Source: Heterodontus francisci (lineage: Eukaryota). From it: a stretch of DNA of 56,057 bases. Shown piece by piece: positions 36,557-49,575 of this stretch. The notes under the pieces were generated by a model. That model worked only from the letters and a program-made list of their open reading frames with translations. It made no database searches and was not told where the DNA came from. Made by a program: the position numbers and the translations under genes. The stretch covers positions 56,673,838 to 56,729,894 of the forward strand of contig NC_090384.1 of NCBI RefSeq assembly GCF_036365525.1. Direction: 5' to 3'. Each line of letters starts with the position of its first letter. The stretch's first letter is position 1.

Positions 36557-36923
36557 TAAAAGCCTGCACGGGTATAAAATTGCAGCCCGACCCAACCAAG
36601 CCAGCCTGAGTCCTTTAACTTTTTTCCGCGTCCAACCCAACGCGACCCGATCCGAATATCGCAATATATTTAATGATATCAAACATGTTATTGTGCTCTG
36701 CGTTGTCCAAATACTTGTGATCCTGTTCATCTGTTCCGGCAGCAGACTATTCCTGCATATGGAGTTGTGGGGAATCATGGGTGAGCCTGATCCTGTGAGT
36801 CCCCGGAGGCAGCACTGTCCAGTCCGACCCTACCCGAACCTGAATGCTGGACTTGGAATATAGACCCGAACCCGACGCACGATGTCTGGTCTAGTCGGGT
36901 TTGGGTCGGGTAGCTAGGCTTTA
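36557..36923. mobile_element. Non-autonomous hAT-type MITE
   Basis: Termini taaaagcctgc / gctaggcttta; many (a)cccga / tcgggt subterminal repeats; 8-bp flanks cccgaaga / cctgacga (6 of 8 match). Confidence 0.75.
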
Positions 36924-37446
36924 CCTGACGACACTCATTGCCAAAGTATGAGTAGCAAGGTACTGATGGTTGACTGGTGCCTGCGAACTGTGTGCAGCAA
37001 AGATTAAACATGTTCAGGATAGGAGGGAATAAAATTTGCAATAAAAATAATAAGGAAAAAACATATTTGATTTCCAGGTAAAGGGGTCACACCAGAGTCA
37101 TCAGTTTATGTAAAAATAGAGACAACTGGACAGAAGGATTGATGGATGTGGTGAAAAGTCAGGCAAGTGAGGTTAAGATCAATCAAAAGGGAATGGATTT
37201 CGTGGGTCTAATTGCTTTTTCATGTACCCAAAACTTCTAATGATGTCAGTTGATTTTTATTTGGTGGAAGTATCAGTAAGTTCCAATCAGATATCTTCAG
37301 ATTGCACAGATTTTTATAAAATAGTGGTACAGTTGTTTAGGTGCTTATCCGTAACAGGACGTTACACTTACAAACATCTTCCAACTGTTACAGTTTAGGG
37401 CTCGCACTTGTGCCTCATTGGCAATAAGGCACGTGTTCAGGAGCAT

Positions 37447-38218
37447 TGTCACGAAAATGTGCTATGTTGAATGATTGTTTTTTAATCCAGCGGCTGGAAA
37501 TATGAATATTAAACTGGTGGAGACGAACCACTCAAACTTTGCAAGCTTTGAACTCTGTCTGCTCACTCTGAACACTGAGGTATATTCCCTACTGGAGATT
37601 GTAATGTTCAGTGGTTTAATTGATCTATGTTTGGTGAACAGACTAACACAATCAATCAGTTGATCACTGTGTTTAATGACTTAAACCTGAGGATGGAGCT
37701 ATACAGAGTTTTTGAGAAGGTTCCGGAAAGAAGCGAGAGACCCCTTTGAAGTAAATCAGCGACATTGCTGACTCCTGGAGAACCACCGAATCAGCCGTCT
37801 ATATCTTCAAACTGGAAGCCTTAGGACCACCAAAGGAAAGTTGCACGACCACTGAATTCAACCTGAAGCCAGCTGAGTCACCAACCTCTGCAGACTGTAA
37901 ACCCCTTTTATTTCGCTGGACTCTAATTCAACTAGTCTATCCATCCCCACTCTGTAACCTATTTGTATGTGTGTAAAAGTTGGAGCGTATTGTATTATTT
38001 TTACTTCGATCAGTTTAAGTACAATAAAGCTAACCTCTTTTTGTTAAACTCAAGAAAATCTCTCCGATTGGTTCTTTTTATGATTACGGCGTGTAAATAG
38101 TTAAACATTCACTGAATTGGCAAGTATATCCACTTCAGAAAGAAATAAACCTATTGTGGTCAAGCAATGAGAGGGAAAAGAGGGGATCTCTTCGACCTCT
38201 CCTCAGCTGATCTTAACA
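37447..38218 (+). mobile_element. Solo LTR, 772 bp (Gypsy-like by TSD length)
   Basis: tgtcacga...tcttaaca imperfect terminal inverted repeat, 4-bp flanks gcat/ccat, AATAAA at about 38023, homology to 13573-14512. Confidence 0.8.
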
Positions 38219-38264
38219 CCATCTTGTTCTGGGCCTGGTTCATGGCCTCTTCCATATGGATCTA

Positions 38265-38752
38265 CTGCCCATATCTTAATTCACACCAAGTTCCATTCAC
38301 CTATCACCTCTGTGCTCACTGACTTGCAGTGGCTCCTGGTCAAGCAACGTCTCGATTTTTAAAATCCTCATCCTTGTTTTCAAATTCCTGCATGGACAGG
38401 CCCCTCCCTGAGTCTGTAATCTCCTCCAGCCCCACAACCCTCCTAGACATCTGTGGTCATGTAATTCTGGCCTCTTGAGCATCCCCAATTTTTTTTTTTA
38501 ACGCTTCACTATTGGGGCTGTGCTTTCAGTTGTCTAGGCCCTAAGCTCTGGAATTCCCTCCCTCCACCTCTCCACCTCACTTTCCTCCTTTAAAACACTT
38601 CTTAAAACCTACCTCTTTGATCAAGCTTTTGGCCATCTGACGTAATATTTCATAATGTGGCTCGGTGATATACTTTGGTCTATAATGCTCCTCTGAAGCA
38701 CCTTGGGATGTTTTGTTGTGGTAAAGATGTTATACAAATATATATTGTTGGT
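38265..38752 (+). mobile_element. L2 LINE 3' end
   Basis: PITSVLTDLQWLL-like segment; ctaagctctggaattccctc; aaaacctacctctttgatcaagcttttgg; tail ttgttg. Confidence 0.88.
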
Positions 38753-38954
38753 GATTTAGAAGTGAATGCTCTAGTAGGGTCAGACTCATACCAGATGAGT
38801 TGGTAATGATTGACTAAGTGGATAGTGGTGGTTGATTAGTCAGATTGCATATAGTCTCATTTAAGATTTTGTCTTGAGGTTTAACCTTTTAATAGTGGAA
38901 AGCCTTATAGAATCGCATCTATTGATTGCATATTCATTTCTTTGGTCCACATGC

Positions 38955-39155
38955 AAGCTCTGAAATTCACCCTTCAAACCTCTTCACCCCTCCAAATCAC
39001 TCTCCAGGTCTTTAAACAGCTGCATAAAACTTATCTCTTTGACTATTTGATCACTTGTCCTAATGTGTCCTCCTTTGCTTGGTGTTTTTTTTGCCTGATA
39101 ATTGCTCCTGTAAAGCATTTTGTTAAAGGTGCTCTATAAATGTAATTTGTTTTTG
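38955..39155 (+). mobile_element. L2 LINE tail
   Basis: aaaacttatctctttgac...cctaatgtgtcc...gttaaaggtgctctataaatg. Confidence 0.75.
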
Positions 39156-39244
39156 TTCCTAATTTTCCAATCGGCAGGTATAAACTAAAGCTACCTCCAT
39201 GTGTATACAACTTTCTTTCCAAACTAAAATCATTCAAGTTGCTG

Positions 39245-40200
39245 TACCCAAGTTTCTGAGCCTTATTTGAATATAGATATTACAACTACTTTGTAGAACC
39301 ATACTTTGAGATTGCGACTTATATTCAATCGCCACATAAGGGAGAGAGATTTCATTGTGGAGCTCGATCGCGCAGTGCGACTTCGGCAGTCAAGAAGACA
39401 GTCTCTGTTGGAGAAAAGCATATTGCCTAAATACATGAATCATATCACTGATTTCACTGTCTTGACTGGATCATGATTTCTTATGAAGGTGACTGGAATT
39501 GTATTTTGTCCTAGCAATTGCACTTTGATTTTGTTCCAGTTGACCTGAAGATCATGTCTAGATTTCTCTTGGTCAGAAATTCATAGAACTTTGGTGAGGG
39601 TTTCCACAGTTTCAGCCAAATTCATTAGGTTAATGGCAATCTAATGTCTGTATACATATAGTTATTGCCAAGGATGGTTCCACATCTATTTTTGACTGTT
39701 ACTGATTTCATGACATAGTAACTGAGCAGAATAGGTCGAGGTGAAAACATCACTCTTGCAAGCCCTGATGTTGAATTCAAAAGGCTCGGAGATCTCTCTC
39801 AATATGGGCCACTACATGTTTGGGCATAAATCTTCCTGATTGATTATATAATTTTGATAGACATACCTAGGGATTGTAACAGGAGCCATAGGCGCTATCT
39901 ATTCAGTGACTCCACTGCTTTTCTCAAGTTGCTGAAGGCAACAAACAAAATATTAACTAAGACTTTACGCAACCAGGCGAATCAACCTCGACTGTCCCAG
40001 TTTACTTCATTTGGCTGCCACCTGCTGTATTGGAAATGTCTGTTTAATGGTGGACCTATTCTCTTTGAAGCCAGCCTGCTGCTGTTTCTGTGTTTGCCTC
40101 TCTGGGTGCTTGATGTGAGCAAGTATCGCCTAAGTGAATACTTTAGGCATCCGAACCACTTTAGCTGTTTGGAAACATTCACAAGCTTGAAATGCTACAA
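39245..40200 (-). mobile_element. Ancient RTE-type RT fragment
   Basis: Manual translation: QQQAGFKENRSTI; FVAFSNLRKAVESLNR*RLWLLLQSLG; DLQVNWNKIKVQ; FMYLGNM; LKVWFYKVVVISIFK*GSETW. Confidence 0.75.
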
Positions 40201-41349
40201 CATTCTTGATGCTGTTGTGAAAAGGAAGGATCTTCCAGTGTATTCCTGACTGTCTGTTTGATGCTGAAGTTTATGTGCTGCCTAGAAATGTCTCATTTTG
40301 ATTAATTTGAGGAAGCTGCAAACTGTAACATTTGTCATTTTGCACCATATTGGGCGCTACACTGTTTGAAGGGCAAATAGCATAGACATTCAAGTCAAAG
40401 TATTCATGTGAGCTGAACAATAAATTCTGTTTAGCATTTTAACATTTGGAAACAAAAAAAAGCCCTTTTCTAAATGTAATGGGCGTTCTGACCTTCTGTT
40501 AATGTCATTTGCTGCAGCATTTCATGTTGCTATGTGATTGTATCCTTCAGTTTTAAGAACATTTTTTTTACATTTTTCAAATGCTGCATCAATACAGCAT
40601 AACTATTTAACATTCGGAGAGAAGAAAGAATGCACCTCAACTCTCCTTTGTAAAGACTGTCGTGCTGTAAAATTCAGTATTCTCTAATGCTTAGCTTTAG
40701 TTAACTGTAGTTAATACTGCACTGCAGAAATCTTGACAGTGTCTATGCAAAATTACTTGTAACATTCATTCTGTGTACAAATACTGTGCTATCAACTACC
40801 TGCATCTTAATGGAAATTTTTGTACTGTCATACCTTGGTTGGGCTTTTTTGGATTGGAAGACATGAGTACTGATCTGGTATTTGAAGTTTATGAAAATCT
40901 TATGGAAGATTTGCCTGCATAGGACATAACTGTCAGGTTTTACAATGTGGAATTGAAATGTTTAAGCTCTCTAATACATCCTTTTTGCAACAAGATCATG
41001 GGGCAGATTGGAAGGAACCCTGTACAATCAGGAATTGGTGCACATAGGCATTGCTACTGTTATTACTGAATCCATCTCAATACAAATTGTACTTGGTATA
41101 AGGCTGATACTCTGACAATGTTTGGACATAATAACACAGATTTTAAACAGTGTCCTGAAATTTCTAAACTGTAAACTGGGCCTTGAAAGAATGGTTTCCT
41201 AATTCATTTCACCATTGTAATTCTGAGATTTAGTGCTGGATTCATTGTTACTTATTAAAATGAAATGAGCAGCAAAAGAAAATCATAGCTTAAGGATAGC
41301 CTGCCCAATCCTACTTCCTCCATTCTACCTCTCGTTTAGCTTTGGGCTT

Positions 41350-41710
41350 GGCAAAAGGTAAAATTTCTAAGGTGGCAACCGTAACTTACCAGTAAAACCA
41401 AGTCTGGAGTCTCAATCCTTCAGAATTTTAATTAGGTTGGCGATTTAAAAAAAAAATTTCTTTTTTATCTTTATTCCTTTTTTGCATCTCTTTCTTAATT
41501 CCATCTCTTTATTTCACTTTTTGTACATGATTTCGCAATTCATTAAAAATTCTTGTTGCTACTTAATATCTTGCTGAGGATGGTTCAATCTGATTCATGA
41601 GTCACACTGTTGCTTGCACTGCCCACACATGCCACCGATCCCCTGTAGAGGGTGCCATGTTGGATCAGACCCCTGATGACAGCAAGTTGCCGCTCAAGCC
41701 ACACAAAATC
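41350..41710. mobile_element. Decayed MITE fragment related to family C
   Basis: Pyrimidine-rich 41460-41535 resembles the reverse complement of 46255-46360. Confidence 0.4.
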
Positions 41711-42959
41711 TACAAGCACCTGCAAGCATGGTAAATGGTGAGTGCTGTTCCTTTGACCCAGCATTTGCAGTCAGCGGTAATGTCTTTAAGAATCATGAGA
41801 TATGTCAAATGAAGGTATTGTATGGAAGTTGTTTTATATGGCAAGTTACTCAGGGAATCATGGGGAATTATAAACCGTGTGTGTGTGTAGCTCTGAAAGA
41901 TCTTTTGGTCTTCATCTCCTGTAGTGTCCACAGACCTTGGGCGCATCAGTCTGGCATCTATGTGCATCAGTTTAAGTGATCTACTGTTTTGGGCTGATAA
42001 GTGCAGTCAGTTCCAATGTAGTGGAATTGGGTTTCACTTGTAATGACTGATCTGCCTTTTGCCAACCTTGCAACGCCCAAGTATCTGGTTGTGTTCACTT
42101 ATGACGGACAGAGAAGTTCAGTTGCATTGATTCTGATTAGTCTGCTATACCTTGTAGAGATTGTTTCAGCATGGAAGGAATTACATGTCTCATAGATTTT
42201 GTCATCTGCAGAGTGAGGAATGTCATCCTTAGTTCAGATGTAGTCAGATATTAATTGAAATATTTGGGCAGCTTTTATTTCTCTGCTTATGAGCTTACTT
42301 TGGAGTTCAGTCTGCCAGTGAGACTTGATTTGTGCTATCGCTATGAAGGGAAAAGAACCCCCTAAATTTTAAAAATTGAAAACATGCAGGATTACACAAA
42401 TGTATGCCCTGTGAACAAACTGGAACCTACTCTAGCCTGACTTTCATACTTTGCAGCAGTGGTTGCTCTTTTAAAAAAAAAAAAAAATATTTTCTTTGCT
42501 CCCCTTCCCCCCCATCAGGTACTGAGGGAAATTTTTAACACCAGTTAACTGCTGCCCCAGCTGGAATTAATTAACTCAGTGCAAATTGACCACCTGCTCT
42601 GAGTGGCTCCTTTCCACATTGGGCATTATCTTGTTGGGAAGATAAAATATATTCTGCACATCTTGTAACTTTTTTAATAATGCAGAAATTATGATGGAAG
42701 ATACTAATTTCTCTGCCTTTTTTGATTTATGAAATTTTTCAGATTCCATTCTTGCGATGTCTTATTTAATTATGTAGTTAGAGGGATACTGAATCTTTCT
42801 ATGAATTAATTGATCAACTGCTAATTTTGTGCCATGGAATAGTCTGTTGAAAGTGATTGTCTTTACAATAATTTACAATAAATTAACACATGATGGGCCT
42901 TTCCACGTGAGTTGTGAATGTGGATTGTTTAGTTCACTGCCGAAGAATGTTATCTCTTG

Positions 42960-43350
42960 AGTTGGGCCAGTGGCTGAGTATATTCAATAAGTAGCTAATT
43001 ATGTTGGCCAGGATCATGCCAGGTTCAGTTCACAGTCTGTGATGATTTAGTTGATCTCAGCCAAACTAAGGTTTTGGTTCTGCAATTGACCACAATGCTC
43101 CTGGGTGAGATGGTAAAAAATCGACAAGGTTCCCACTTCTGATCAGTAGCTGGTGAAACTACTGGAAGTCTTCATGTGTGGACGTTCAGTATCGGGCTTG
43201 CTAGTGATGCCATACCAGATGTTCAAAGTAGCTACCACTTTCACTGTCACAGTTTGCACGTGACTAAGTGCCACTGGGTGAGCTATCAGAAGGTAACAGG
43301 TAACCCACAGACCCTGGCGAGGAATTGGTACTTTCAGAGAGTTGAGGGGA
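42960..43350 (+). mobile_element. Old tRNA-derived SINE, longest copy of a family with several copies in the window
   Basis: Degenerate B box (aggttcagttc); body shared with 43420-43600 and, inverted, with 1790-2040, 3870-4250, 14630-14800 and 51550-51850. Confidence 0.55.
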
Positions 43351-43765
43351 GTGTATACATTTTTATGGGAGAGAAAATGTTAATTCCTAGCTTCCGAGAT
43401 TGTTCAATTAGTGATTGCACTGCTGTCCCTGGAACTTGATTCCATGTCTGAGCTGATCTTGGTAGCGGTGAAATTTATATAGAAATTCACCTCATTGCTC
43501 CTGGGCAAAGCTGAGCCATGGTTTTTGGTTGGTAATTATCAAGGTATTTCTGCTGGAAAGTGTACAAGAAAAAATTGAATGAGGCAAGGATAGGATTTAC
43601 TCAGCATTGATGCTCTTCATGGTAATAAATCTGGGTTTATACATGGGTAATTTATCGGACAGCAAGTGCTGCTCATGGAATTGTAGCTCAGCATGAGTTA
43701 TTGCCTTCAGAAGAGAGCATAAAATTGGGGAGAGGAAGATGGATGTTAATTTCTTGCATGGTATT

Positions 43766-44473
43766 GGCCAGGATTTCATGGTCAGTGGCAAAAACAATGA
43801 TGCTCGCCACTGACCTCGAAGAAGGCTGCCCACAAAGATTTAGCAATCTCTGTGGCGTGGATTTTACCTTTCCAGTCGTTACTTTGATTCCGATGTCTAC
43901 TCTCAAGCAGTTCTCTTGCATCCAACAATGGTGATGTCATCAAGCAAACTAAGCAGCCAATCATATTGACAAATTTTCTAAGACAGCAAGCCAGGAAGCA
44001 AAAATCACTTTTAATCTTTTACAGACGGCGAAACAAATGATTGGTGCATACACATGGGATTAAGGTAGAAGCTGAAATATTTTTCAATAGACTTTATTTT
44101 TTATTATAATGGAGAAAATTGGCACTCCACAAAAATAAAATCAGTTTTTCAGGACTAGAGAGGTAGTTCAGCTGTAATTATGAATTTAGTATGCCATTAA
44201 AAACCCAATTACAGCTCATTCAACAAAGCTTAACTTTTTTTAAAAGGTTTTTACAGTGAAAGTTGGAGTTCACGTCAATTCAAGTGATTTCAGAAGATTT
44301 CCATTTTTGGGAACGATAGCACGCCCTGTGGGAGAAGTGTCAAATCACACTGCAACTTCTGGACTTCTGCCTTTAACTGCATATATGCAGACTCCAGAAG
44401 TTGCTGCCAGTTCACGGTTGTGTTGACGTTGAACATTGACAATTTTGCAGTCATTACCACTGAAATCCAGGCT
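43766..44473. mobile_element. PIF/Harbinger-type MITE (family B)
   Basis: TIRs ggccaggatttca / tgaaatccaggct; perfect 3-bp TSD ATT; homologous to 49576-49943. Confidence 0.8.
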
Positions 44474-45552
44474 ATTGTTAAACCGCAGTGATTTCCCCCC
44501 ACTATCAATGATACATTTGAAGTAATTGTGTGTATACACAAAAACTGGTGCTATCAGGCTGGGACACAAAAGTGTTGTATTTTGTACATATTAAGCCATT
44601 TCTGTTCTTTTCTGTGGAGATGTTGAATATTTCAAACAAAAGTTAATAGTTAATAAAGTTTGTTGTGTTAAATATGGAGAAACCTACTTGGGGGTGGGGG
44701 ATGGGTAGTAGAGAGGGTTGACCTCGTCAAACCTTACTGGAAATTAAAGTGTATTTTGTTAGCTTTATCCATTGACCAGTTTTGACTAATAATAACTCAG
44801 GATGCCAAATGGTCACTGAACTGCAGATTAAAATAATTCTGCCCAGCACAAAACAAGATAATAAATAGTACTGTAGGTTTGCCAGAACTGAATTAGATAG
44901 GACACTTTTTTTTTTATAGCAGTGCATATGTGAATGTGTCTTTACAGTGGGTGAAGAATTGGACAAGTCTTCATTCCAATAAACACTGGTCAGCAGCTGC
45001 TACACTGCATAAATTCCTCAGTGTGCCTTCTATTAGATATGGTTTTGCAACTAGCTACAGTTTAATTGTCATGGGACAAGTATTTCATCGTCCTTTGAGC
45101 AAGCATTTCTGTGCTTATTTGAGAAAAGAATGAAGAGATTTTTATATGGTGCATGACAGAACAATGTAGGGTAATGAAATTCATAGTCAGATAAACTTCC
45201 TTTACTGATGCCTCAAATTCCTTCTTAATTAATTACCTGAAAGGAACATGATTTGTCATTTTATTGAGCTGTTAGATTTTTAACAACGATTGTGTCCCTT
45301 TTCTGCCTCCCCTCCTCCAGCTGATTGGGTGGGACATTCAAGGCCACTGACCTCTCTGCTGTCTGAACCATTGTGTGATCTGCCAACACTGCATGTTTCT
45401 CTGCGATGTAATTGCTGATCCTGTTTTTTTTTTCCTCTTTTGTCTTGGGCATAGAAGATTCTGCTGTTACACAACGTACCATTTAACAGCTTGCCTGAGA
45501 TCTTCAGTGAAGCTGGGTGAATTTGAATGACAATCAACATGGAAATCTATTC

Positions 45553-45660
45553 CATTTCTGTTTCTCAGATCTGATGAAATGGCACAGACCTGAAATGTTT
45601 CTCTCTCCACAGATGCTGCCAGACCTATTGAGTATTTCCAGCATTTTCTGTTTTTATTTG
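45553..45660 (+). mobile_element. Penelope-like (PLE) repeat fragment with a degenerate hammerhead ribozyme motif
   Basis: ctgatga-aatggc-aca-gacct-gaaa core followed by tctctctccacagatgctgccagacctattgagtatttccagcattttctgttttt, a block I recall from shark PLE-derived repeats. Confidence 0.7.
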
Positions 45661-46005
45661 AAATAATTTGCTTTTCAATTTTAAATGCACTCGATTCTGT
45701 TGTAGATGCAGAAACTGCAGATGATTAGACTACAGTTATGGTACCAGTTACTGTTCCAGAAAGGTACCATTGTTCTAATGGATTACAAGCAGAATAAATC
45801 ACTCATGACTCTAGTGAGTGAAGGTATCACCCAGTGTCTCAGTTTCAGCCTTGTGTCAGGATTCCAACAGTTTTGGGGCCCTGGGAAAGAATGTGTTAAC
45901 TTGTACGATTATTCTTCCTGTTAATTTCAAAATGACCCAGTTTTCCCTCCAAAGTATTTCTGAGGATGTCACTAAGCTGAAACTTACATACAGTTAAATG
46001 ACAAT

Positions 46006-46719
46006 GGGCCAGATCTTGCTAGAATGAGGCAACTCACAACCTACCCCATTAGTTAGACTTTTTTCTGAAAACTTTTGTGTAATAAGTCATTGGGAATGCA
46101 AACTACTAATGGCAGAGTGAAGGCAGCAGGATGTCTGGGACTTGGTGAATGATGAAACCAGCTGCATATCTCCTTAATCAATGAGATTTAAGGATTGCGA
46201 AAGAAACGGAGGAAGGACAGAGAAGAAGGGTGAATTGGAGAGAGGGAGTTCAATATCAAATCAGGCACAGAAAGGGAAATTAAGAGAGGGAAAGAAAGAT
46301 TGGATCAGGGGAGAGGAAACAAAACACCTGAAAGGCAAGGAAATGAAGAAAAAAATTTGACAGTTTAAAAATCTCTTACAATTTACTACATGCAGGAATG
46401 TGATTGAACAGTTTAAACTGTTCACTTTCTGGAACAGAGAGGTCGATTGGTATTGCATTAACAATTATATTGTTAAAAGTGTACTTGGGCTGTTAATTAC
46501 TATTAACTTTTTGTGGTGAGTTTAATGAGCAATTAATGTGCAAATCCAGCAAGTTCTTAAAAAAAAAAATCTGGGAGGCTAAGAGTAAGATCCTGTTTGT
46601 GTGAAGCAAATGACAATCACATAAATCAGCCAAATTCCAGAAATTTGCAACTCATGGTGTATCTCTTTAATACCTGGCTTTGTTAGCCGATTTGCACATT
46701 TTCCAGCAAGATCTGGCCC
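46006..46719. mobile_element. PIF/Harbinger-type MITE (family C)
   Basis: TIRs gggccagatcttgctagaa / ttccagcaagatctggccc (18 of 19 match); flanks aat/act. Confidence 0.8.
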
Positions 46720-46934
46720 ACTTTTTGGCAGCTTGCAGGCTTTCTCACTGATGTAGATTCAAAGAATGCAAATCATATGATGAGAGAAATTTCAGCCTTA
46801 TTTTATGTACATTGGGTCTTGCAAGGCTGTAAGAAGTGTTTAGATATGAATATGAAGCTTGTGTTTTATGTCTGTGTTTATTACGTCCCTGGCCTCCACC
46901 ATTCTCACCTGTTGATTCTTACTTTTAGAAGTAC

Positions 46935-47565
46935 TTAAGAGCATAAGAACATAAGGAATAGGAGCAAAAGGAGGCCATACAGCCCCTCGAGTCTGCTCTG
47001 CCAATCAGTAAGATCATGGCTGATCTTCGATCTCAACTCAGCTTTGCTGCCTGACTCCCACATCCCTCGATTCCTTTAGAGTCCAAAAATCTATTGATTT
47101 CGGCCTTGAATATACTCGACAACTGTGCATCTGCAGCTCTCCGAGGTGGAGAATTCCAACAATTCACAACCCTCCGAATGAAGACATTTCTCCTCAACTC
47201 AGTCCTAAATGGCTGACTCTTTATCCTGCAACTATGCCCCCTAGTTCTACACTGTCCAGCCAGTGAAACAGCCTCTCACCATCTCCCATGTTCTTATTCT
47301 CCAACCCGCTTGCAATAATGGCCAACGTACCATTTGTGTTCCTAATTGTTTGCTGTACCTCCAGTATACCTTTCTGTGTTTAATAGTTTCTCACCATTTA
47401 AAAATATTCTTCCTACCAAAGTGGATAACCTCACATTTCTCCACATTATCCTCCATCTGCCACCTTCTTGCTCAATCACTTTACCTGCAGTTATATGCAG
47501 ATTATTTTTGTTCTCCTTGCAGCTTACTTTTCCACCTCGCTTTGTATCTTCAGCATACTTAGAGT
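46935..47565 (-). mobile_element. CR1 LINE 3' end (46935-47285) joined to an internal CR1 RT piece (about 47330-47565)
   Basis: cataagaacataagga tail, similarity to 11530-11860; accaaagtggataacctcacatt...catctgccac matches 376-415. Confidence 0.85.
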
Positions 47566-48739
47566 AAGTTTATTCCCAAGATACACCTGGGAGGGTGGAG
47601 GGGTAGGGGGCAAAGCAGAAATCAAGGGCTGTTATTAATATCTCTGAAACCCTCATTATCCTTCTCCGTAGATGTGGCTCTTGACAGAAAAAATCTACAA
47701 GAGACAATTTGCAAAAACAACCCAAAATCATACATGTGCTTTGCAAACCCGGGAACAGTGATTAAGAAAGTCACAGTCAAACCCCAAATATATTTGGCAG
47801 TACTCTCATCAACTCATGTCTCCTTGAAAGGCTAAGCAATAATAACCATTTTGATGACCAGTGTGGAAAATGTATTGCTCAAAATGTATGCTTAAATCAT
47901 CCAGTTTGATTATCTACATCAAGCCTGGAGTTCCATAAAGCTTTGCATTCTCTGGTAATAAGGTTGGGGTTAAAATAATTTTACAGCTGACTTACACAGT
48001 CACATTGTTGGGATATCAGTGTAAATGTCTAAATTGGTTTTGTAAAGTAGGTTGAGCAGAATGATTCTACAAAATTCATGCTAACCTTTATCGATTGTTT
48101 GGCATTTGGATTTAATTTTACAGGTTTGTTTTGTACTGGGTCACATTTTTTCATTTGCGCTGCTCCACATTTGATTTTTATTTAAATTGTCAAGCAGAAA
48201 GGAAACATTTATTGAACATTTATTTTCTTTTTCATTTTGTACCTCTGTTTTCTCCTAACATTTATTACAAGCTCAATACACCTGCAATGTGTTGAAAGGT
48301 TGACATTCATCTTGGTGTTTTGGGTAGGTGTAGGGTTTTCTTTGGAAATAGCAAGTCAGCTTTTGCTGGCTTGGTAATCTTGCATGCTGTTGCTGTTCTT
48401 CTCAGTGGCATTATATAATGTCAGGATGTCTCAATTAAAACAAGACAATCAAGAGGAATGATTTATTGTAGGTTGGATTGTGCAGTGGAGGAGCACGATT
48501 GTGGCTCATTTTGCTGTGTGGAAATTTCCAGTATTGACAGCAGAAAGTGATAAGTACCTGCTGAAGTCTAAATTCTTCCCCACCTGGGATGGAGAGAAAA
48601 AGTAATTGATCAGATCATTTATAGATGTATGTTTGTTTGTTTTTGTTTTAACCAAACAATTGAAGTGCAGGATCAAGAAGCAAAAAATGACGAAGATAGG
48701 TAAGGCAGTACAGACATTTTTGGGTCTAGGGAAAGGATA

Positions 48740-48870
48740 AGCTACAATAAGAGACTTGCAGGCCTACAGGGATCGAACGAAGGAGTGGGACTGACTGAAT
48801 AGTGGAGAGCTGGCATGGATTTGATGGGCCGAATGGCCGCCTCCTATGCCGGAAATGACACTGACTATGA
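48740..48870 (+). mobile_element. CR1 3' tail
   Basis: Similar to 9720-9840 (cttgcagg...gggactgactga...gatgggccgaatggcc). Confidence 0.75.
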
Positions 48871-49575
48871 TTCTTAACATCAATGCACTAGCATGTAGCA
48901 AAGAGAAAAAGCATGGTGGTGGATAGCATATTTGTATCTTGGAAGGAACAAGATGGAAATTCAGAGGTTCACTCACTGTCTATGTTCTATAAAGTAAAAA
49001 AGTAACAAAGATTTAGGGAGAGTGGTAGAGGCTAGAGGTAAGAGAGTAAAAAGAAAAGTATCAACTATTTATGGAGACGTTTTTACTTCCCACTTTTTGA
49101 TACTGTCAACCCTGGGAACTTCCTCATGGAAAAATTAGTCCTAATTGTGCTCCTCCACTGCACCACCCAACCTACAATAAATCATTCCTCTTGATTGTTT
49201 TGTTTTAATTTAGACATCCTGACATTATATAATGCCACTGAGAAGAATGGCAACAGCATGCAAGATTTACTTATAGCCTTGCCAAGAATGTGAGATGCTG
49301 GAATAGTTTCTCTAGATATGGGAGGAGTACTTAAGTGTCAAAAAGCCAAGACTGCCCAAAGCATACAGTTGTTGAGGGTATAAACAGTATTTACTGTTGA
49401 TGAAGAAACTGAATTTCTTGGAGTCAGCATTGGCAATGGAGGGGATGTGGAAGTTCTGCTGAGCCCAGAGGAAATAGTAAGACCAGGAGTGCCAATAGAT
49501 GAAAACAAAAGGGAAACATTAAAGCTTAAGAGGTGATTGTTATTAATGAGACTTGAGAAACACAATAGATACACT

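Noticed and set aside
41642-41657. CTCF-like motif cctgtagagggtgcca (also ccgctagatgacac near 4084)
   Set aside because: Mismatches at core positions and located in repeat relics; expected by chance
41710-42230. Possible ancient LINE RT on the minus strand (SADD and RYLGV-like words)
   Set aside because: Only two short motifs; too degenerate to call
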